DNA from: the human T2T-CHM13v2.0 reference genome, Homo sapiens
Direction: 5' to 3' (one strand)
Assembly: GCF_009914755.1 (NCBI RefSeq)
Contig: NC_060932.1
Length of the DNA: 64,000 bases
Of this stretch, positions 53,901 to 64,000 are shown in pieces. The stretch's first letter is position 1, and each line of letters starts with the position of its first letter. The translations under genes were made by a program, and so were the position numbers. A model generated the notes under the pieces. The model saw only the letters and a program-made list of their open reading frames with translations, had not been told where the DNA came from and did not search any database.

Positions 53901-55661
53901 TATCTGTTCAATCTTTTGGCTTGAAATCTCAGAAGGCCCACCCCAAAAGGGATTCCTCTGTTCAAATCCACTGACTAACCAGGTTAGACTAATGAGGCTG
54001 TCTTGTGTTACTGAATGAAAATGCTTTACCTATAAACTATCATTTCAGAAAGAAAATGATGAAATTCAGATATTTTCTTTTTTTCAGTTTAAATAAGATA
54101 TAAAGGGAAGGAGCTAGCTAGGCATTTTGTGAATGTGAAGTCCTTCTGGGATTTTGAAGTCATCCTTGATCAGATTTTAACACAGAGAGAGAGAGGAGCT
54201 GAAAGTTCACATCTGAAAGGGATGACTACTTCATAATACATTTTGGTTTTCTGATGAGAATTTATCTGCTGGAAATAGACACAGTTGAAGCAAAGTAAAA
54301 GCCTATTGTGACTTAGGAGGAGGGCCATTTTGGTTCTGTTCAGGCTTTGTTTCCCTGGTTGCATGTAAGATGAGAATCATTACTAATCTAAAAGGAGAAA
54401 AAGTGAATACTACTACTAGAAATTGAAAAAAAAATCACTCCTATCATGCCTATCAAACAGTGTGACACCAGTACTCAGAAGGGAGGTGAGTCAAATTCAT
54501 TAAGTGCTCTCTGGCTTAAAAACCTATTATGTAAATTAAAGAGCGTAATATCCATTCCAATCAAAACAGCAGAGGCTTAAAAATAGCTCATAAAACAAAT
54601 ATTTATCCAAAAATGCAAGAAAGTTTCTACCCATAAACTGATACCAATATTATTAGCTGTTCTTAAACAGTGAAGGGAGTTTATTTGATCTCAAATCAGA
54701 TTTGTAAGTCATAATGCCCAGGTTTCTTAGACTTGACTTTCTGGTACACGTTCCATGCATAGATTTCAACTGAGCTCCTTGAACTTGCCTTTCAGTGCAT
54801 GGCTCTAGTAACCCGCAATACCTCTGTTCTGCTCCTGACCCTGCAGGAACCTTCCCTCTGCTGGTCTTGGGAAACCTTGGCCTGCGTACGTGCAACCCAG
54901 CCCTCAGCCATGGACTAAGGCTCATCACACAGATTCAGGGGTCACCTCTATGCAGTTCTCTCCTGTTGGGGTCCTGCTCTGTGGATTTCAGCCTCTTGAG
55001 ATGCTCCAATGCTGATCTCTGCCTCCACAGCTCAGCAAACATCTTGCTTAGCGTGGACTCCGCCCCTTGTGCCATGTTAAGATGTGGTTCCAGGCAGAGA
55101 ATGGGAACAAGAGGCACAACTCGGAATTTCTCCCTCTCGGGGACTGCGGTTCCCTCTACTTGTTGACCCAGGCTGCATCATTCAGTCCTATTTTATACTT
55201 GTTCTGGTGGGGACACAAGTGCGGTTCCAGGTTAAAATAGAATAATTTTCCCACATATTAGCTCTTTTCACACTATTGCCTGATGTCTAGGCATTATCAG
55301 ATGTATTATAGGGTGTCCTGGAGTTTTTTATGATGTACTCTAAATTATATTTTGATATTGATCATAACTAGAAAATCATATAAGGGTATTCTAGATCATG
55401 CTATGGATGGCTAATTTATAACATAGCACTATTATATTAAGGTATACACTGCATGTACATCTGTGTTTCGATTTGTGTTGACATTGGTAGAACTTGCCTT
55501 ACACTTGCTAAATGAACAAATCTCAGGGATGGACTCATGTAGATGATGTAGCTTGGTCAAGTAAAGGCCAAATGGCCTTATAGTTTGCCATACGGAGGTT
55601 TTATAATGGACTGATTAGAGAAAAGTTGAGGGAGAATTGAGTTTCTATGTGCTACAATGGT

Positions 55662-55980
55662 GCTAGAGTCTGAATGTCTGTGTTCCCCCAAAGTTCTACT
55701 GTTGAAGCCCTATCTCCCAAGGTGATGGTATGAGAAGGTGGGGCTTTGGGCGAGGTGATTAGGTTATGAAGATAGAGTCCTCATTAATGGGATTAGTGAA
55801 TTCACCCCTTCTAGTTGGTGAGGACACAGCAACAAGTGTGCCGTCTATGAACCAGAATGCTGGCCCTCGCCAAACATTAAATCTGCTGGCATGCTAATCT
55901 TGGGCTTCTCAGCCTTCAGAAAAGTTTGTGGGAAATAAGTTTATGTTGTTTATAAACCACCCATTCTAGGCAAGGATACA
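55662..55980 (+). mobile_element. MLT1A-like MaLR solo LTR
   Basis: tgctagagtctgaatgtctgtgttccccca...taatgggattagtg...gtttataaaccaccca. Confidence 0.8.
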
Positions 55981-57426
55981 AGGTAATATAAATATGTCAA
56001 ACTGAAAAGAACCTGCACCCCAATAGTTTGTACACTGGGAAGTCATGATTTATATTCAGAAAGCAGTATTATCAATCCCATTAAATATGTGTAGATAATT
56101 TGAGTTGTATTTTCTCAACTTTAGTGTTGTTTTCATTTAATTTGTAAATTTGGTTTTGGTTTAGAGTAATATCAGAACTATTAATAGAAGCACAAGCAAT
56201 TTATTTATACCTTATGTTTTATGTGTGCATGTTTAAGGAACATTATAACAAAAATAATTAAAGTAACACTAAGGAGTCCATATAAGTTTGTTTTTGTTAT
56301 TGTTTGGTTTTGACTTTTGTAGAGATGAATACATGACCTAGATTTGAGCAGTGCTACATGGTATCATGATATGGAGTTCATTTTTGTTTTCTACCCTAGT
56401 CTGCAATCAAGGTGTCTGTCATTTTTGTTTGTGCCAAAATCTACATGAGATGAATATGGGAAGGGCATTGCACTGAAGTTAACCCTGGATTTCAGACCAG
56501 ATGTACTGCCACGGAATTGATCTTTCAGGCCTGTGTCTCCCTGACCATGCAAGAAGAACATCACCATTCCCTTCCCATCCTATTGTTTCCAATTAAATAC
56601 ATTCTGCCAGAAACATTTGTCAACTGTAAAACTCTGTGAAAATACTTGAGGCACCTTCTTAGTAGTGCGTTGTGATAACAGCAATAAATTATTTCTTAGA
56701 AGGCTTTCAGTGATGTTTCAATCCATATGGAGTATTTAACCTTTTTAAATATGGTTTAACCTGCACCCTGATAGTACTTCATTACCTGTATATCTATACG
56801 CTTAAGACAATACTTTATTCATATTTTCTTATAGATGAAAACATCATTATGTATTTTTTGATCCAAAATAACAGATATTGGCTATTATTTTGTGTAAACA
56901 GAACAAAAGTTTACAAAAATCACAAAAAGAGATGCTGATGGGAAAAAGCAGTTTAAAACATAAAGAAGACTCAGAGATTAAAAAGAAAGAGATTCAGAGA
57001 GGATTAATGCCGGTGCAGGAAAGATACAGAATATTACGAAGCAGATAAAAGTTAATACTCCAGATTTGTACAGATTAAAGCTGACATTATTTATTAGACA
57101 ACTGTCTTCAATCAAATGCCCAGGACACATAAGTTCATAAGCACTACTGATGTCATTGATAACTTTCTGTGTTCAAGCTCCTAAGAGCAACTGTGCTTTT
57201 CTGGTGATTTGGCATGAGGTTCTTGGCCAGCATTGATATATAACCCCAGTCATTCAGAATTGAGTGGTAACAATCTTCCTCAGAAACATAAAGTACCCCA
57301 AGATTCCAGATTTCTAATGCCAAATTCTTGGTTTATTCATTATTTTTATACCCACATATACAATAATTTTAAAACACTTTTAATTTTGTAACAACATTGA
57401 TGAATTTTTACTAAAAACCCAAGATA

Positions 57427-57763
57427 CAGTCAGCCCTCCATCTCCGCAGGTTCCACGCTTATCCATGAATTCAAGCAATTGTAAATTGAAAACACTCCAA
57501 AATTACACCAATAAAAAGTAGCAATACAGCAATAAAAATAATACAAATTAAAAGACCAGTACAGTATAACAGCTGTTTACATTGTATTAGGTATTATAAG
57601 TAATCTAGAGATTATTTAAAGTTTACAAGAAGACGTGCATTGCTTATATGCAAATACTACACATATAAGCACACAGTTTTATATCAGAGACTTGAGCATC
57701 CATGAATTTTGGTATCCTCCAGTGTCCTGGAATCAATCCCCCATGGATACTGAGGGATGTCTG
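57427..57763. mobile_element. MER2/MER2B Tigger-family MITE
   Basis: TA|cagtcagccctc ... gagggatgtctg|TA. Confidence 0.85.
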
Positions 57764-57799
57764 TACCCAGTTCTAACATCACACTGGATGCTTATAAGC

Positions 57800-58400
57800 A
57801 TATATGGAGTGTTTCCATGTGGCAGGCAATGTGCTGCCTACTGGGAATCTATTGACAAATAAACTATGAGTTCTATCTTAAGAACACAGGGCACAATGGA
57901 TGGGAACAAATATCTAGGAAAATATTTAGAATATTGTATGTTAAATTTAATGCTAGGAGAACCATTTAAACAGATAGCACAATGAAAAAGAGATTAAATG
58001 TATTTGGGGTAAGTAGAGAAGGATTCACTGAAGAGAAAATTTCTGAGCTGGGTTTTGAAGTATGAATGGAAGTTTTCTGTGCAGATAAGCAGAAATCATT
58101 TTAGCAGAGAGAACAGCATATGCAAAAGCAAAGAGGCTTGAAGTCACATTGCACTTTCAAAAAACTAGGGGCATTATAAAACTCCTGAGTTTTTAAGAAA
58201 GGGACAGTGACACACAAGAGAATAAAGGCAGAAGCCAGATCCTGTTAAGGAGCCTAGGTTTTATTCGAGGGTCATAAGTCATGATAGCATAGAAGTTTTG
58301 CTGGGGGTAGGCTGAGGGAGGACAGTGTGGAGTCCTGTTTTCAGGGAAAAGGAGCAAGAAGAGGAAGGTCTGCTAAGAGGACTGTAGCACCTACTAGGTT
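57800..58400 (-). mobile_element. L2 fragment
   Basis: gaaggattcactgaagag...ctgagctgggttttgaag...gaacagcatatgcaaa. Confidence 0.6.
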
Positions 58401-58879
58401 CATATTCGTACCTCAACCAAGAAGAGGAAGAAAGGGAAGATGATAGCTAGAACAGGGAACAGAGGCTTAGTGGGTGTTTGTTTTATTTAAAAATGGGAGA
58501 AACTTGAGCTTTGGGAAGGGAAGCAGAAGGGAGGAATTGAGAATCCTTTCAGTTATGGCAACAAGGCAGATGAGCGAATGCATTCCTGCCCTGGACACAT
58601 GCGTGGCTTCTGAGCAGATACCCAGGGAAGTGTGAGCATCAGTGCAGAGATGCAGTGGTGGGCCTGGGGCTGAGAAAGAGGGCAGCATGCAGGGTCTGCC
58701 TGCAGAAGGAATGGTGGCTCCTCTTAGCAGCACTCTGCCCTTTGACCTTGGAGGTAGCGCCAGAAAAGAAGTCTTGTCTCTGCTTGGGCCTCTTAGTGGA
58801 GGCTAAAATAAAAATTAGGTCTGCACAAATGTGTGTAGGGTGTGCTTCCCCTCTCTTATTCTTAACCTATTTAATAAAT

Positions 58880-61017
58880 AAATAAACTGAGCACTATTTT
58901 TAAAATAGGGAGATTTGAAACAATTAAAATTACAAGAAATAAAAATATATCCACTGAAATTTAGACCCACTGAAAAATATACCCAAGAAATTTCAATATT
59001 CTTGAAAGACAGAGTTGAAGACATTATGAGAATGCAGCAGAATGCTAAAAACACTCTGTTACCAAAATGCAAAGAGACTACCAATCAAAAGCAAAGCAAA
59101 GCAAAGCATAACAAAACAAAACAAAGCTGAATAGGTCTCAAACAACTGTATGGATATTCAAAAACATACATAAATAATTCGTGGATCCAAAACTCAATGG
59201 AAATATGAAGTATGAAAAACTAAACAACAAAACGCACAACAAACATAAAATCTTTTTAGATGCATCAAATTTCCTTTGAAGGAAATAAATTGTCCTCAGT
59301 GTATATTTTCAAAAAGAAAAAAGATTAAAAATGAATGACCTCACCATTCAATTAAAGAAGTTAGAAAGAAATAAAACACCATAAATTTAAAAAAGATGAA
59401 GGAAGAAAATCATAAAGAAAAATCAGAAAATAATTTTTAAAACTCAAGAATAGCGTCGGTAAATCCAAAAACTAGTTCGATAAAAGAATTAATAAAGTAG
59501 ACATGCCTCTGGACAGAAAATAAATGGAAGAAACTACATAAACTTATAATATATATATATAATTTATATGTAATATATATACATTTCATATATATGTATG
59601 TATAAAACATGTACATTTATATAAATCTAAGTATAAAATTCTAAGTAAAATATTTACCAACTTTAGTTAGTAATTTAGTAATAGTGTCAATAATATGTTA
59701 TGGTGCCAACAATATGAATAATATGACATGAACAAGCTGGCTGTATTCCAATAATGCTGTATAATTATACAGGCCTTGAAAGGCCATCCCTACAGTTCTG
59801 TAGGACCAGAAAATGCTGATGGGAAACCCAAAACTTTGAGGTCATCCCACAGCTGGCTATTTGACTCTGTCTCACTCATTTCCGAAATTTCCCTGCTGAG
59901 AAAATGTAGGAAAAAGAAATAGATTTCATGATTTCCTTTGGGAATCACTTGACAAAGGGAGAACATATATTTTTGGACAACTTATTGGAGACTCCTGACA
60001 GGTCATCTGGCTAGAGGGGGAAGTGGGAACTGAGGCTCCGAGTTCCAGAAGAGTTTTGTGGGTTTTTTTTTTTTTTTTTTTGACAGGTCTGGAGTGCAGA
60101 GGTGTGATCATAGGTCACTGTAGCCTCAAATTCCTGTGCTCAAGTGATCCTCCCACCTCAGCAACCCAAGTAGTTGAGACTATAGTCTCACACCACCATG
60201 CCTCGTTAATGAAAAAAAAAAAAAAAATTCTTTGTAGAGATTGAGTTTTGCTATGTTTCTAGGGCTGATCTTGAACTCCTGGATTCAAGTGATCCTCCTG
60301 CCTTAGCCTCCTGAGTAGCTGGAATTACAGGTGTGAGCCACTATGCCTAGCCTCAAGAAGAGTATTTAATGCAGCTTCTTATATGGTATTTTTGTAGACC
60401 TATAAAATCCTACTATGAGTAGACTGCTGTGGTGTAAGAAAAAAAAGCCAGCGTTGACATTGCTGGAATTTACAACAATCCTGTATCCCATCTGGTTGGC
60501 AATGAGGACTACTGAAGTTATTGAGTTGGTAGAGAATCAGCATCAAACACAGGTTTCTTCTTTACACGAGTGTCTAAAAAAATGCTGCATAGGCTCAATA
60601 AAATTCAACATTCACTCATGTTAAAACCACCACCACAACAAAACCTTAGCAGCTAGCAATCCCCAGGGAATGTTCTCAACTTAATAAAGGATATCTACCA
60701 AAAATCAGCAGTAAACAATGAGAAAAGGAAATAACAATTAAAAGAATATACATCAGAATAGAATAGGAAAAATAGAATTGTCTGTATTCACAGACAATAT
60801 GATTGTCTACATAGAAAGTCCAAAAGAATTTTATGCAAACAAGTAGGTTTAGAAATCATTCTGGATTTAAGATTCATTTTTAAAGATAAACTACATTCTT
60901 GTATGCCTGCAACCACTAATTAAAATATAATAAGTGAAAAGGAAAAGTATCAGATTATAGGAATAAGTTCTACAAAAGATGTGAAGAAAAATAAAACTAT
61001 TTAAAAAACAAAATTGT
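58880..61017 (+). mobile_element. Ancient L1M ORF2 remnants, interrupted
   Basis: attcaattaaagaagttagaaa; aaaattcaacattcactcatg; attcacagacaatatgattgtctacatagaaa. Confidence 0.6.
60063..60352 (-). mobile_element. AluJ
   Basis: T18 tail, both arms, short deletion next to the tail. Confidence 0.88.
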
Positions 61018-62060
61018 GAGGAAAAATATGGTGGATAGGAGACAGGACTAACTTGCAGCTCCCACTTGGATGGACAGAGCAGCATGTGGAGACCCACATA
61101 ATGAACTTTCACTCCAAGAACTACTGCAGGAACATATCAGGAAAGCTGAGAGAATCCACAGACTCTTTGAAGGAGGTGGATTGCTTCTGCAGGCTCCATG
61201 GGACCACAAAGGAACTGTGAATCTGCTTTGCTTTCTCAGCCAGAGGCTGGTAGCCTGTGGCAAGTGCTCAGCCCTGGTCACCAGCTGCCTGGAAATAAAC
61301 TCAGTCCTGTTGGTGGGGGAGCACAGTGGGAGTGAGACTGGCCTTTCAGACTGAGGGCTGCATGGGAGGTGGGCGAGGCCTGTGGCCGCTGGCTTTCTCC
61401 TACTTCCCTGGTGACCTGTGTGACGCAGCACAGACATCCATAACCCCCCTGGGAACATAACTTCATTGACCTGGGAACCACAGCCCCATCTCCCACAACT
61501 GTAGCAAACCCCACCTAAGGAGAGCCTGAACTCAGACATGCCTAACCCTGACGCCACCTAATGGTTTTTCTCTATCCACCCTGGTAGCTGAAGTCCAAGG
61601 ACATAACCTCATGGGAGCTCTAGGGCCCCACCCACTGCCTGATCCTGCCTATACAACCACAGCTGATACACTCTTGAAAGTGCCACCTCCTGGTTGGAGG
61701 CCAATCAACACAAAACCAGCATACCTAACAAAAATACAGTCAAGGACCCTCACAGAGTCCACTTCATTCCTCTCCTACCTCCACTGCAGTAGGTGCTGGT
61801 ATCTATGACTGAGAGACCTGAAGATGGATCACATCACAGAACTCTTGGCAGACACTCCTCAGTACCAGCCTGGAGCCCAGTGGCTCCATTGGGTGGCTAG
61901 ATCTAGAAGAGAAATAACAATCACTGCAGTTCAGCTCTCAGGAAGCCCCATTCCCAGGGGAAAGGGGAGAGCACTACATCAAGAGAGCACCCTGTGGGAA
62001 AAAAGAATCTGAACAGCAGCCTGTGAGTCCTAGACCTTCCCTCTGACACAGTCTACCCAA

Positions 62061-63020
62061 ATGAGAAGGAACCAGAAAAACAATTCTGGTAAGAAGACAA
62101 AACAAGGTTCTTTAATACCCCAAAAGATCACACTAGCTCACCAGCAATGAATCCAAACCAAGACAAAATTGTTATATTGCCCCAAAACAAATTCAGAAGG
62201 TGGATTATTAAGCTAATCAAGGAGGCACCAGAGAAAGGTGAAGCCCAGCTTAAAGAAATGTTTTTAAAAAATGATACAGGATAAGAGTGAAAAAATCTCC
62301 AGTGAAATAGACAGCACAAATAAAAAACAATCACAACTTCTGGAAATCAAGGACACACCTAGAGAAATACAAAATGCACTGGAAAGTCTCAGCAATAGAA
62401 TCAAACAAGCAGAAGAAAGAAATTCAGAGCTTGAAGACAAAGTTTTTGGATCAAAGCCTCCAAGAAGATTGGGATTATGTTCAACAGCCAAACCTAAGAA
62501 AAATTGCTGTTCCTGAGAAAGAAGAGAACTCTAAATGTTTAGAAAACATATTTGAGGGAATAATCGAGGAAGACTTCCCCAGCCTCGTTAGAGATCTAGG
62601 CATTCAAATACAAGAAGCTCAGAGAACACCTGGGAAATTCTTTGCAAAAAGACAATCACCTAGGCACAGAGTCATCAGGTTATCTAAAGCCAAGACAAAG
62701 GAAAGAATCTTAAGAGCTGTGAGGCAAAAGCATCAGATGAAATATAAAGGAAAACCTATCAGATTAACAGCATATTTTTCAACAGAAACACTATAAGCTA
62801 GAAGAGATTGGAGTCCTATCTTTAGGCTCCTTAAATAAAATGATTATCAGCCAAGAATTTTGTATCCAGTGAAACTAAGCTTCTTAAAAGAAGGAAAGAT
62901 GCAATCTTTCTTAGGCAATCAAATGCTGAGAAAATTCACCACTACCTAGCCAGCACTACAAGAACTGCTAAAAGGAGCTCTAAATCTTGAAACAAATTCT
63001 AGAAATACACCAAAATAGAA
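62061..63020 (+). pseudogene. L1 ORF1p remnant
   Basis: LENIFEGIIEEDFPSL..IQIQEAQRTP..SPRHRVIRLSK..YKGKPIRLTA; interrupted by stops and frameshifts. Confidence 0.9.
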
Positions 63021-63102
63021 TGTTCTTAAAGCATAAATCTCACAGGAACTATATAACAATAACACAATGAAAAAAACCCAAGGTATTCAGGCAACAAATA
63101 GC

Positions 63103-64000
63103 ATGATGAATAGAACAGTGCCTCTTATCTCAATACTAACATTGAATGTAAATGGCCTAAATGTTCCATTTAAAAGATATACAGTATGGCAGAATGAATA
63201 AGAATTCACCAACCAAGCATTTGCTTTCTTCAAGACTCACCTGACACATAAGGAGTCACATAAACTTAAGGTAAAGGGGTGATAAAAGATATTCCATGCA
63301 AATGGACACCAAAAGTGAGAAGAAGTAGCTATTCTTATATCAGACAAAACAAACTTTAAAACAATAGCAGTTAAAAAAACAAAGAGATACATTATAGAAT
63401 GATAAAAGGACTAGTCCGAAAGGAAAATATCACAATCCTAAATACATATGCACCTAACACTGGAGCTCCTAAATTTATAAAACAATTACTACTAGACCTA
63501 AGAAATGAGATAGATGGCAGCACAATAATAGTGGGAATTTCAATATTCCACTGACAGCACTAGACAGGTGGTCAAGACAGAAAGTCAACAAAGAAACAAG
63601 GAACTTAAACTCTACTCTAGAACAAATGGACTTAACAGATATATACAGAATATTCTACCCAACAACTACAGAATATACATTCTATTCATCAGCACATGGA
63701 ACATTCTCCAAGATAGACCATATGATAGGCCACAAAACAAGTCTCAATAAATTTAAGAAAATCAAAATTATAGCAAGTACTCTCTCAGACCACAGTGGAA
63801 TAAAATTGGAAACAACTCAAAAAGGAACCCTCAAAACCATGCAAATACACGAAAATTAAATAACCTGCACCTGAATGATCATTGGGTCAAAACCGAAATC
63901 AAGACTGAAATTTAAAAATTCTTTTAAGTAAGTGATAATAGTGACACAACCTATCAAAACCCCTGGGGTACAGCAAAAGTGGTGCTAGGAGGAAAGTTCA
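63103..64000 (+). pseudogene. L1 ORF2p APE-endonuclease remnant (partial)
   Basis: ISILTLNVNGLN; IYAPNTGAP; DLTDIYRIFYP..YTFYSSAHGTFSKIDHMIGHK..LSDHSGIKLE; frame disrupted. Confidence 0.9.

Larger units (their letters stand above)
61018..64000 (+). mobile_element. 5'-intact L1PB-like LINE-1 (5'UTR, ORF1, start of ORF2), continues past the window end
   Basis: 5'UTR aatatggtggataggagacaggactaacttgcagctccc; ORF1 ATG at 62061; ORF2 endonuclease start near 63103. Confidence 0.9.

Noticed and set aside
59545-59630. AT-alternating palindromic tract
   Set aside because: Ordinary (TA)n low-complexity decay inside an old L1
61048-61557. 169-aa antisense ORF in the L1 5'UTR (ORF0-like?)
   Set aside because: ORF0 is described for younger L1PA families; I see no resemblance, and the ORF is explained by the GC-rich UTR

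Overview
This is eukaryotic, primate genomic DNA (AluJ/S/Y, LTR12 and L1PB are present, so probably human or another great ape), not a prokaryotic locus. The only protein-coding sequence I can support is two GT-AG-spliced exons on the + strand (1382-1463 and 5390-5489). They join in frame to give the C-terminal half of a PLAT/LH2 domain and a stop (GNGWFLGSIVVKSEDEDSSEEVLFLCNRWLDEYQDDGKTQRELLAESSPSAVGETGSTIS*), followed by a putative ~1.3 kb 3'UTR. From recall, this best fits the 3' end of the long, PLAT-containing RP1 isoform; I have not verified that by search. The remaining ~57 kb looks intergenic and is dominated by transposon fossils: a solo LTR12 with an intact NF-Y/GATA promoter array, a near full-length HSMAR2 mariner nested in a MER39-like LTR, a 5'-inverted L1MA, a 5'-intact L1PB-like element running off the window end, and Tigger/Charlie MITEs, Alus, MIRs and L2s. 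Nearly all ORFs in the supplied track are repeat-derived or chance ORFs. I did not find a convincing novel biological system. Repeat subfamily names come from recalled consensus sequences, and boundaries of old repeats are approximate.
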